Shown: one piece after another, positions 17,768 to 27,624 of the stretch
Position numbering within the stretch: the first letter of the stretch is position 1
How the letters are laid out: each line of letters opens with the position of its first letter
Source of the DNA: a virus
Lineage: Duplodnaviria; Caudoviricetes
Reading direction: 5' to 3' (one strand)
Length of the DNA: 64,000 nt
IMG/VR virus record: IMGVR_UViG_3300013121_000026
Span: 64,001 to 128,000 of that record
Position numbers and translations under genes: made by a program
Notes under the pieces: generated by a model
The model's database searches: none
What the model was told of the DNA's origin: nothing
What the model saw: the letters and a program-made list of their open reading frames with translations, nothing else

Positions 17768-20205
17768 TGGCAGAAATTGTTTCCCATATCAGCAACTTTA
17801 TTGAGGATCAATTCCCTGAGTTCTATCAGGAAAATGGTCCAATGTTTATTGAGTTTGTTAAGACCTATTATCAATGGTTGGAAACAAACAATAATCCATT
17901 GGATTTATCTAGAAAATATTATGATAACAAGGAAATTGATTCTACATCAGATGATTTTATTGTTTACTTCAAAAACAAGTACCTAGTTGATATTAAATTT
18001 GACACTCAGGCGGATCTAAGAACATTAGTTAAACACAGTCTGGACATTTATCGTTCTAAGGGAACAGAGCAGGAATTAAAGCTCCTGTTTAACCTAGTAT
18101 TTGGTAAGGACATTGAAGTCTATTACCCTTCTAAGGATCTATTTGGAAGTAGTGATGGTGAATGGTATATCCCGACCTATCTTCAACTAAGCCTGTCTGG
18201 ATCTAACTTAAATTTTAATCATAAAGAAATTAAAGGATTTGAGTCTGGTGCTACAGCTTATGTTGAAAGCATTGTCAGAAAAAGATATGGGACAACACTA
18301 TGTGACGTAGCTTATATCAGTAATGTTCGTGGTGACTTTGTTGCAGGAGAAAAGATTTACCCAACTGATAATTCAATTGATGTTATTGAGTGTCCTTATT
18401 TTCTTGGATGCGTAAATGAAGTAACGCTGCCAACATCGGGCGTTGGTTCTGGATATGTTAATGGTGACATTATTGAAGTAATAGGAACGCATGGCGTAGG
18501 TGCTAAGGCTAAGGTGACATCTACGATGTCACAAAGCGGGTATGTTAACTTTGAACTTGAAGATGGTGGTTATGGATACACAATAAATTCGACGGTTTAC
18601 ATCAGTAATGCAATTTTAGGAATCAATAACACTAAACTAATTGATGGTAGCAAAACGGTTTATTCGACGTTTAAGGGCGACATTGTTCAACCAAAAGTTT
18701 ATCTTAACTATGAAGATGCTTCAGGAAGTTTAATAGCTGGAGCAAATGTCTATACTTATTATGGTAATAATGACTTGATGGGGCAGGGTGTTGTTCTTAG
18801 CAACAATCCGATAACTGCTAATACAGGAACATTGTTATGTTCAGAATTATCGGGTTCTCTAAACAATACGTTTCATACATATTCAAATGCAGTAATAGGC
18901 TCATTGACATTAGTTAATGGCTATTCAAACGCCTATGCAACTGGTGTCTTTATTGCAAATACTGCAAATACAGTAGTTAACATTTCTAGTGTTAGTGGCA
19001 GCTTTATTGAAAAAGAATGGTTTGTTCAGTCGTCTGGTAAAGGAAAAATTTCTACTGTCTATAACAATACTCTATACTTGGATGAAGTAGAGGGAATTAT
19101 CAAAGATGGTGATACTGGCTATGGTTCATTTACTGGTGCTTTTGCTACGGTAGATTCTACGCTAATTAAGATTGGATTAATTAATACAGATGGAACATTT
19201 TATTCTTCAAGTAATGGGTATGTTTACGGAGATAACTTTACTGGTGATGTCGTTACGGTTGATACTGTAGGATCAGGTGCTGGTTATTCAATCTCACCTA
19301 CTTTACTATACGAAGAAACTGTCTCACTAGCCAACAATGAAGGACTGCCACCATCTAGTACATTAATTAATGCAGCAGCTTATGGTTTTCCGGGTAATCC
19401 TACAGCAAATTTAACCAGCGGAACAATTGGAAGTTGCTTTGAGTATTTCAGTGCGAATGTTGGTAAGATCAAAGACATTATTATCACGGGTGTTGGATCG
19501 GATTATATTAATCCGCCAATGTATGTAGTGGATGAGCTAATGGTAAGTGATTTGGGCATTGACGATGTGATTCTTGAAGTAACTTACAACGGTCAAAATT
19601 TTGCTAATGGAGAATTGGTTACTCAGGGTGATGCTAGAGGAATCATTCAAAAGATATCAAACACCACAATCTATATTCAAAGAATGCGAGTTGAGGATAG
19701 TAAGAATTTCATAGTAACAAGCAATACAGCAACACTAATTACTGGTTATCGGTCTAGTGCAACTGCTAATGTTGTTACTGTTTCAAAAAATACTAATAAT
19801 CCAGTTCTAGGTAGAAATGCTAAGGTTCTTTCAGAAATCGTAGCTGGTAACGGAATAGCTAACGGAATAGCTATTATTGATAGTGGATTTAATTACATTC
19901 AAAGTGAAGCAGTATTAACAGCAGATGGTGAAGTGTTAGGAAACATTGTACTAAGTAAACAAGGAAAGAGTGAAGGATATTATAAGAAACTGGGAAGTGA
20001 ACCTAGCGGAGTCAAGAAATTATTTGATGGTGATTATTACCAAAACTATAGCTACGAGATTATCAGTGCAATTCTAATGGATAAATATGTTAATATGGTT
20101 AATCAGGTTGCTCACGTAGCAGGAACAAAAATGTTTGGTAAATTAAGTTGGAATAGCAATAATGATTGCACGGTATCTATTAGCACGGAAGTAACAACGG
20201 AATGA
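17767..20205 (+). CDS. 7: Baseplate wedge gp7-like
   Basis: Q.PEF......F..F.K.YY.WLE, Y.SKGT, D..YYQ.YSY, H.AG...FG. Confidence 0.7.
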   Translation: MAEIVSHISNFIEDQFPEFYQENGPMFIEFVKTYYQWLETNNNPLDLSRKYYDNKEIDSTSDDFIVYFKNKYLVDIKFDTQADLRTLVKHSLDIYRSKGTEQELKLLFNLVFGKDIEVYYPSKDLFGSSDGEWYIPTYLQLSLSGSNLNFNHKEIKGFESGATAYVESIVRKRYGTTLCDVAYISNVRGDFVAGEKIYPTDNSIDVIECPYFLGCVNEVTLPTSGVGSGYVNGDIIEVIGTHGVGAKAKVTSTMSQSGYVNFELEDGGYGYTINSTVYISNAILGINNTKLIDGSKTVYSTFKGDIVQPKVYLNYEDASGSLIAGANVYTYYGNNDLMGQGVVLSNNPITANTGTLLCSELSGSLNNTFHTYSNAVIGSLTLVNGYSNAYATGVFIANTANTVVNISSVSGSFIEKEWFVQSSGKGKISTVYNNTLYLDEVEGIIKDGDTGYGSFTGAFATVDSTLIKIGLINTDGTFYSSSNGYVYGDNFTGDVVTVDTVGSGAGYSISPTLLYEETVSLANNEGLPPSSTLINAAAYGFPGNPTANLTSGTIGSCFEYFSANVGKIKDIIITGVGSDYINPPMYVVDELMVSDLGIDDVILEVTYNGQNFANGELVTQGDARGIIQKISNTTIYIQRMRVEDSKNFIVTSNTATLITGYRSSATANVVTVSKNTNNPVLGRNAKVLSEIVAGNGIANGIAIIDSGFNYIQSEAVLTADGEVLGNIVLSKQGKSEGYYKKLGSEPSGVKKLFDGDYYQNYSYEIISAILMDKYVNMVNQVAHVAGTKMFGKLSWNSNNDCTVSISTEVTTE

Positions 20206-22412
20206 CAAAATTATTAACTTCGTCTTTTAATTACAATACAGCAAAGAACTTTTTGGATAGTGAAGATACATATTATCTGTATGTCGGAAACTTTCAGGAA
20301 CAAAATTCTGTCTCTGAAATAGACAACATTGTTTATGATACCCAGGAATTTCCATGGACCAACATGATCATGGGCAAGAAGTGTAGTTCCAATGATTTTA
20401 GCCTAATGATTAATACAATATCATGGGTAGAAGATTACGCTTTTGAAATGTATGATGATACTAGTGTTGGAAATGACCCATTAGCAGTTGTTACGCACGA
20501 GGGATCCTATTATCACTTTTGGAAATGCCTGCATAACAATGATGATGCTAATAGCACTGTTCAACCATTGTTTACGGACATTACTGGACCAAATACTTCA
20601 TTGTATCAGACTAGTGATGGCTATATCTGGAAATATTTGTATTCGGTTGATGATACGACTACTAGCAAGTTTAAAAGCGGAACAATGTATCCGATTGTTG
20701 CTAACTCGTCTACGACATCAATTGCAAACAATCAGTTAAACATTTTTAAAGTAGAGAATCCCGGTAGAGGATATAACAATTACATTGTATCCACTCTAAA
20801 AACAGATGATATCAATGTTAATGGTGATAAGACGTTGTTTAAGCTATCATCATCGAATGCTAATACTAGCAATGGTTTCTATAACAACTGCATTATGTAC
20901 ATTACTTCGGGCGATGCTACAGGAACAATTAGAGAAATAACTAGTTATGTTAGCAATGGGTCAGGTAATTATTTCCAAGTTGACAATGAAATTCTAACAT
21001 CCCCTAATAATGGTGATAGTTTTGAAATCTACCCAAAGGTAGCTATTAAGAGTGACGAGATGCAGACAACAAATTGCATTGCTAGAGCACTAGTTAATAG
21101 TTTGTCAAGCAACAGCATTTACAGAATAGAAACGTTGCAGGACGGCATCGGATATAGATTTGCGACTGCTAATGTTATTGCTAACTCTATAGTTGGAGTT
21201 TCCAATACCGCAGAGGTGCGTCCAATAATGCCACCTAGAGGCGGACACGGGTATGATGTGTTCAATGAGTTAAATTGCCACAGTGTTTCCATTTCGGTTA
21301 CTTTAGCTAATTCAGAAAGTGATACGATCCTAACCAGCAATAAGTTTCAACAGTATGGTTTAATAAGAAATCCATTGTTTGATAATGTTGACTTGGTTCT
21401 GAAGCTTCCAAATAATTTTGATGATTATGAAAACGTTCATCGTATCTCAATAAATTTCATTAGCGGATATGGTGTTATTAACGTTGATAGTGACGTTGTT
21501 ACGATTAATAACAATGATTTAACAAGTGGCACAGTCAGCGTCAATGCAAGTTCTGCTAATGTTACGGGAACATCTACATATTTCACTCGTGATTATGTCG
21601 CGGATGACTACGTGATTCTAGCAGCAAACAGCACTAACGGCAGACAGATTCTTCAAATCAACAATATTGTTAATAATACTCACTTGGTTCTGAAGAGCAA
21701 TAGTTCATGGACAAATACAATTGCAACGATCAGCCCATACATTCAGCGACTCCCAAGTTTTACTGGTAAGGTTGCTGCGGATGATTACTTGCTGTTAACA
21801 ACTGCAAATTTTGAAAGCTGCCAGCTAATTCAAGTCAATAATGTAGTGAACAGTTCCTGCTTGGTTCTAAAATCAAACAGTGAATTAAGTGCAAATTCAA
21901 TTTATGTGTATAATGCTAATGTTGAGGGAACATCGTATATCATCTCATCTAATTCCTCAGCAATCAAAGTAACAAATTGTCAGCCAACAATGCTTCAGGA
22001 TAGTATTTTGTATGGGGAAACTAGCAAAACAATTAATGTTATTGATAGCATTTCACGTAATAATATCACAAAACAGTATGACACGTTTGTTCAATTGTAT
22101 AAATATACTGCAACGATAATTAATGGATCGTTCATAACAGGTGAAACAGTTACCCAAGGAAATACTTCGGGTGTTCTGCATAGCGTTGTTGGAAGCGGTT
22201 CGGTTGATATGTATTTTAATAATTTTAACGGCGGAATTTTTACAGAGGGAGCAATTATTGGAGTGAGAAGTGGTGCCACAGCAAATGTTACTAGTCTAAT
22301 GTGGCCGGAACTAATACATGATTCAGGTGAAATTGTTTATGTAGAAAATCTTGAACCAATAACCAGAACAAATACCGAATCGCAAACATTCAAAATTCTT
22401 ATTAATTTTTAG
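20202..22412 (+). CDS. 8: Baseplate wedge gp8-like with insertions
   Basis: KCL.N....ST..P, T.DGY.WKY.Y, P..GHG.D, SGE..YVEN..PI.R. Confidence 0.8.
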   Translation: MTKLLTSSFNYNTAKNFLDSEDTYYLYVGNFQEQNSVSEIDNIVYDTQEFPWTNMIMGKKCSSNDFSLMINTISWVEDYAFEMYDDTSVGNDPLAVVTHEGSYYHFWKCLHNNDDANSTVQPLFTDITGPNTSLYQTSDGYIWKYLYSVDDTTTSKFKSGTMYPIVANSSTTSIANNQLNIFKVENPGRGYNNYIVSTLKTDDINVNGDKTLFKLSSSNANTSNGFYNNCIMYITSGDATGTIREITSYVSNGSGNYFQVDNEILTSPNNGDSFEIYPKVAIKSDEMQTTNCIARALVNSLSSNSIYRIETLQDGIGYRFATANVIANSIVGVSNTAEVRPIMPPRGGHGYDVFNELNCHSVSISVTLANSESDTILTSNKFQQYGLIRNPLFDNVDLVLKLPNNFDDYENVHRISINFISGYGVINVDSDVVTINNNDLTSGTVSVNASSANVTGTSTYFTRDYVADDYVILAANSTNGRQILQINNIVNNTHLVLKSNSSWTNTIATISPYIQRLPSFTGKVAADDYLLLTTANFESCQLIQVNNVVNSSCLVLKSNSELSANSIYVYNANVEGTSYIISSNSSAIKVTNCQPTMLQDSILYGETSKTINVIDSISRNNITKQYDTFVQLYKYTATIINGSFITGETVTQGNTSGVLHSVVGSGSVDMYFNNFNGGIFTEGAIIGVRSGATANVTSLMWPELIHDSGEIVYVENLEPITRTNTESQTFKILINF

Positions 22413-22420
22413 GGTAAAAG

Positions 22421-25400
22421 ATGCCAATTAAAACAGATTTGTCAGTAAGACCATACGGTGATGATTATAATGAGGACAAGGATTTTTATAAGATCCTGTT
22501 TCAGCCTGGTGTAACTGTACAAACTCGAGAACTAAACCAGCTTCAGACAATTCTTCAAAAGCAAATTGAACGATTTGGTGATCACGTATTTACTACTGGA
22601 ACATTGGTTTCCGGATGTAACTTTCAGTTCTATAATCCAATTCCCTATATTAAAATTAGAGACATTACTAACGAAGGTGAAGTTTCTATTCCGTATCGTT
22701 ATGTTAACTATAATGTAATCAACGAAACAACTGGGTTGATTGCTCAGGTTACGGATTATCAAAACGGTTATGAATCAACATCACCTGATCTTAAGACACT
22801 GTATATCACCTATAAGAACTTTGGTACTAATGGTGTTACTACTGCGTTTTCATCAGGCGATGTTCTAAAAGTTTACAATCCAATCATCAATGGCATTGAA
22901 AAAGTTACTATTAATAATGGTGGCATAGGGTTTTCTAATACAGATTCCTTGATAGCCCTGCCGCAGTTGCTAGTCTCAGTATCCGATGGAACATTGGTCG
23001 TTGGCGATTACTTAAACAATGGCAAATATGCTAATGTTGAGATCATGGCGTTGGATAGCTCAACTTATGCTAATAATGGTTTCATTATTGCAACAGTTAG
23101 ACCACAGTCTGTAGACCTAGCTAATGTTTCTTGTAACTCAAGTTATTGGACACTGTCAGCAGGCGAAAACATTACTAATCCTGGAGCAAATGTTACAGCG
23201 TATGTGATTAGAACATTCGGTGCTAATTTCAGAGGCAAAATTACTACTGACTCGATTGGTGTTGTTACAAGCATTTCAATCTTAGACAAGGGCGCAGGAT
23301 ATACTCAGGCACCTTATTTTACAGTCAGATCTGTTAATAACGTTAGTGGCTATACGACACTTTCTTTAACTGGTAGAAATTATCTAGACAAGATTGTTGT
23401 TTCAACCCTGCCAAATAGCGTTGGCAATGGTTATGCATTTGGTATTACAGAAGGCGTTATCTATCAAAAGGGTTATTTCCTAAGATCAGTTCCTCAAAAG
23501 ATAATCGTTAGCAAGTATGACATCCTTCCAGACAATGTGGCTGTGGGGTTTGTTACTAATGAAGATATTGTTAATCCGTCTATGGATGACAGTTTGTATG
23601 ATAATGCTAATGAAACAAAAAATTATCAGGCACCTGGTGCAGATCGTCTTAGATTAATCCCACAATTAAAGCTGGTTGATTCTGATCAGGCAACAAACAA
23701 TTCAGAATTCTTTACTATTTGTGAGTGGAAAGAGGGCAAGCCTTACACTCAAAAACAAACCACTACCTATAATGTCCTTGGAGACGAAATCAGCAGAAGA
23801 ACATCTGAGGCATCAGGTGACTTTGTTACTGATCCATTCCTTGTTACAACAAGAGCTCCAGCAAATACAGACAATGAAGGAAAATACTACAATCTAGTTG
23901 TTGATCCGGGCATTGCTTATATTGATGGCGTAAGAATTTCTACTCAGGCTAACTATAATTTGGATGTTGAGAAGGGAATTAATACCGCAACGACCAATAA
24001 CCATACAGTTTCACTTAATTACGGAAACTATGTAATGGTTAATGAACTGGGCGGTAGCTTTGCTTTTAATCTTGGTGATCAGGTATCCCTGTATAATTCC
24101 GCTAAGGGATTTCTATCAAACACCTCATTAATTCAAGCTCAAAATACAGATCCAGTTGGTACTGCAATTGGTACAGCAAATATTAGAAGTATTATGCATG
24201 ACGATGGTATGCCCGGTCAGAATACTGCTACCTATAGACTGTATCTGTTTAATGTTCAGATGAGTTCAGGTAAGAACTTTAGAGACGTCAAGTCTGTTTA
24301 TTACAATGGCACTAAGAAGGGTATTGCTGATATCGTTCTGGAAGTTGATCCAACTTCTGGAAGCTCCCAAGCATTCATTTATGATACCAATACTACTGGA
24401 TTGCTGTTTGATGCAGGTGTTGAAAGTCTAAAGAATGCAAATACAGTCGTTTATGCATATAGAACAAATGATACAACCGTAACAACAGCTAACACTGGTA
24501 TTTTAACAAAGGATATTAGTGGAACTCCCAGCGAAATATTCCCATATAGTGGAAATCTTTCAAGCACCCAGCTAAAGGAAATAATTGTTGTTCCTTTAAC
24601 TGTTGATTTTGTTTCGGATACATCATCAACTGGTACTGTTAGCGTTGGAGCAACTTCAGCAAACGTTACTGGTAGCGGTACTACATTCCTTTCAGACTAC
24701 GTTGTTGGAGATTATTTAACTGTTACGGCTAATTCAACTGGTGGTTACCATCTAGGCAAGGTAAAGAGTGTTGTTAACAATACCCTGATCGTGATGGACG
24801 CAAATTGTGGATTCACAAATGCATCTTCATTAGTCTACAGAACGTTCCCCAAGGATGTTCCGGTTCCTTTCGGATATAGATCAGGATTAAGTGCTAACGT
24901 TAATGTTAACCAAAACATTCTTTCAATGAATTTTGGTAAGGCATTTAGTTTCTCAACGGCTAATTCCGTTTCACTATCAGTTAATATACAGAGAAATGAT
25001 CCGTCTCAGACAACCAAGACAGCAAATCGAAACAAGTTTGTTAAGCTAAGACTAGCAAACAATGATGCTAATACAGTTGGTCCATGGTGTGTTGGTGTTC
25101 CTGATGTGTTTAGATTAAAGGGTGTTTATGTTGGTAGTTCAACCGTAACAAATGCCGGTTCAAATTACATCAGCAACTTCTATGTTGATCACAATCAGAA
25201 CCCAGATTTTTATAATCTGAGCTGGCTATATAAGAAGCCAAGCAGTTCATTATCATTAACATCATCTGATTACTTGCTGTTACAGTTTGATTACTTCACA
25301 AGTTCAGGTGCGGGTTTCTATGACACAATTAGTTACATTTCATCCAACTCAAATACTGTATTTGAAGTTGATAGTACTGATTTGGATTCACTTGGCGCTA

Positions 25401-27295
25401 ATGTTAACAGCTTTGAAATTCCTGAGGTGTTTACTAATAACGGAAAAGAAATTGATCTATTAGGACATTTTGATTTTAGACCGTATGCGGCTAATACCGT
25501 AGCTCCTTCATCAGCATATAATACAGCGCCTGTTAATCCATCATCTACAGTTACGTTAAGTGCTGCTGGTGAAAAGAAGTTCCCGGTGCCGGATGGTACA
25601 TTTATTTGTACAGCAGAATATTACCTAGGCAGAAAAGACAGCGTCTTTGTTGATAAGAACAGCAAGTTTACAGTATTGAACGGTAATAGCAATACAATTT
25701 CTGGATTCCAACACTTACCAACGCAACCAGAAGGCTCAATGAAGATTATTGATTTAGTTGTTCCTTCGTATCCAAATCTTCCAGTTAATCTAAGTGATAG
25801 TCAGAAGAAGATTGTTAATACTAATGTGGCTAATATTAAGTATCTGAATACTCGTCAGAAGAGAAAGACAGTTACTTCAATTGCTTCTAATACCCTGCCA
25901 TTCAACCAGCCAAAAGTTTACACAATGGCTGACATTGGTAAGATCGATAGAAGATTGCAGGATGTTGAATATTACATTACGTTAAATTCACTTGAAAGTG
26001 GAATGGCGCAAAAGGTAATTCCTAGCAGTATTGATCCATCTTTAAACAGATTTAAGAATGGTATCTTCGTAGATGATTTTGCGTCTGCTCAATGGTCTGC
26101 AAAGAGTGATCCACAATATAATGCAGAGATAGAAGATGGTTGCTTAGTTCCACCTAAGGTGAAATGGGACGTCAATCTAATTGGTTCTAATATTATTCCT
26201 TGGCTGGATTATCCAATTATCAATCAGGATGTTTCAACGGTTGGTGGTATTAATGATCCAGAAGGATTAGGACCTGTTTGTGCTCTCAATATGGGCAACA
26301 CGGTTGCTTATACACAGACATATCGAAATGCAACAGACATCAATAACAATGATAACATCGACACAGTTAACCTAACATTTGCTAATTCAGCAGCAATTCT
26401 AGAAAATATTAATTATCTATCCGGAAACGTTGCTCAGTGGATGTCACAAAACGACTTCAAGCAATTCACCTATGACGTTAAGTCTGGATGGGGTCTATTT
26501 GCAGATTGGCTGTCACTGGTTGGCGAAAACGGCGACTTCATGGACAGTATGCAAGGTGGAGCACAATTATCAGGATCTATTAATAACAATAGATTCATTG
26601 CTGGTGCGCCTCACTCAACAAGACTTAATGAGGAAACTCTAGCTAGATTTGTTGAATGGATTAAGCAGAAGAAGGGAATTGTTGCTAACACAGTAACAGG
26701 CCCAACACCTGCAAATACGTCTGTAATTGCACAGATGTTTAAGCCAGAAGTTACTTTGTACTTCTACAATTACGATAGAAGAGTTCTAATTGAAGTTTAT
26801 CAGGGTGATACAAAGATTATTGATACCCTGTCTGCAGAGTCACTTACCGAACAAGAAGAAACACTTCTTAAGAGTGATAAGTTTAATCAGTGGTTCAATG
26901 ATTATCCGGAATACTATCTAAGAACACCAGCAGTTAATGAATATGGATACGCGGTTTATGCTGGTAAGATAAAGTTCAATTATGATCCAACTGCGGGTAG
27001 AAACTTTACAATCAGAACAGTAGGAAGCACAAATTCTTATCGTTGGAGATGGATGATTAATTATCCAATCGATGGACTGTCTGCAGGTTGTGTGCCAACT
27101 CCAATGAATTTTGATGTGGAGCCAGACTTTACTGCTAGTTACTTGTCATACGCATTTACTTCATATTGCGGTAACGGCGTTCTACAAGGAAGCGGCTCAG
27201 TTAGCATCTTTAGTGGTGTTACGGCAACATGGACACCTATTGCAACGCCTACGATATCAACATCAGTTGTTCCGTTTAGCTTGGAGAATATTTAA
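22421..27295 (+). CDS. VrlC/DUF4815-like large virion protein
   Basis: PY.DD....K.FY.ILF.PG..VQ.RELNQLQ, APGADR, YTM.DIGK...R...EYY..L..LE, RFKNG..VD.F. Confidence 0.82.
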   Translation: MPIKTDLSVRPYGDDYNEDKDFYKILFQPGVTVQTRELNQLQTILQKQIERFGDHVFTTGTLVSGCNFQFYNPIPYIKIRDITNEGEVSIPYRYVNYNVINETTGLIAQVTDYQNGYESTSPDLKTLYITYKNFGTNGVTTAFSSGDVLKVYNPIINGIEKVTINNGGIGFSNTDSLIALPQLLVSVSDGTLVVGDYLNNGKYANVEIMALDSSTYANNGFIIATVRPQSVDLANVSCNSSYWTLSAGENITNPGANVTAYVIRTFGANFRGKITTDSIGVVTSISILDKGAGYTQAPYFTVRSVNNVSGYTTLSLTGRNYLDKIVVSTLPNSVGNGYAFGITEGVIYQKGYFLRSVPQKIIVSKYDILPDNVAVGFVTNEDIVNPSMDDSLYDNANETKNYQAPGADRLRLIPQLKLVDSDQATNNSEFFTICEWKEGKPYTQKQTTTYNVLGDEISRRTSEASGDFVTDPFLVTTRAPANTDNEGKYYNLVVDPGIAYIDGVRISTQANYNLDVEKGINTATTNNHTVSLNYGNYVMVNELGGSFAFNLGDQVSLYNSAKGFLSNTSLIQAQNTDPVGTAIGTANIRSIMHDDGMPGQNTATYRLYLFNVQMSSGKNFRDVKSVYYNGTKKGIADIVLEVDPTSGSSQAFIYDTNTTGLLFDAGVESLKNANTVVYAYRTNDTTVTTANTGILTKDISGTPSEIFPYSGNLSSTQLKEIIVVPLTVDFVSDTSSTGTVSVGATSANVTGSGTTFLSDYVVGDYLTVTANSTGGYHLGKVKSVVNNTLIVMDANCGFTNASSLVYRTFPKDVPVPFGYRSGLSANVNVNQNILSMNFGKAFSFSTANSVSLSVNIQRNDPSQTTKTANRNKFVKLRLANNDANTVGPWCVGVPDVFRLKGVYVGSSTVTNAGSNYISNFYVDHNQNPDFYNLSWLYKKPSSSLSLTSSDYLLLQFDYFTSSGAGFYDTISYISSNSNTVFEVDSTDLDSLGANVNSFEIPEVFTNNGKEIDLLGHFDFRPYAANTVAPSSAYNTAPVNPSSTVTLSAAGEKKFPVPDGTFICTAEYYLGRKDSVFVDKNSKFTVLNGNSNTISGFQHLPTQPEGSMKIIDLVVPSYPNLPVNLSDSQKKIVNTNVANIKYLNTRQKRKTVTSIASNTLPFNQPKVYTMADIGKIDRRLQDVEYYITLNSLESGMAQKVIPSSIDPSLNRFKNGIFVDDFASAQWSAKSDPQYNAEIEDGCLVPPKVKWDVNLIGSNIIPWLDYPIINQDVSTVGGINDPEGLGPVCALNMGNTVAYTQTYRNATDINNNDNIDTVNLTFANSAAILENINYLSGNVAQWMSQNDFKQFTYDVKSGWGLFADWLSLVGENGDFMDSMQGGAQLSGSINNNRFIAGAPHSTRLNEETLARFVEWIKQKKGIVANTVTGPTPANTSVIAQMFKPEVTLYFYNYDRRVLIEVYQGDTKIIDTLSAESLTEQEETLLKSDKFNQWFNDYPEYYLRTPAVNEYGYAVYAGKIKFNYDPTAGRNFTIRTVGSTNSYRWRWMINYPIDGLSAGCVPTPMNFDVEPDFTASYLSYAFTSYCGNGVLQGSGSVSIFSGVTATWTPIATPTISTSVVPFSLENI

Positions 27296-27624
27296 TGCAA
27301 TTTATACTTGATAGAGTGAAATTTATTCCCGTTGAGATTTCTTGTTTGAACATGACGCCAAATACCAAATATGACGTTTGGTTAGAGGGTGTTCTGTATA
27401 ATGATAAGGTTAAGCCGTTTGGGAAGAATCTAGGGGATTCAATTGTTAGTGATAGTGCTGGAAAAGTTCTCTTTCAATTATTATTAACTGTTCCATATAA
27501 TGAAAAGTATATTAGTGGATCAGTTGATTCTGGTATTATAAATAAAAATAAAGTGCTGGAACTAAAAGATCCAGCAGGTAATGTTTCAAAAACGTATATT
27601 CCAATGGTGTTAAAGAATCAATGA
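27295..27624 (+). CDS. Virion protein (VrlC-related segment)
   Basis: PNTK......G and SD..G motifs; TAATG coupling. Confidence 0.55.
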   Translation: MQFILDRVKFIPVEISCLNMTPNTKYDVWLEGVLYNDKVKPFGKNLGDSIVSDSAGKVLFQLLLTVPYNEKYISGSVDSGIINKNKVLELKDPAGNVSKTYIPMVLKNQ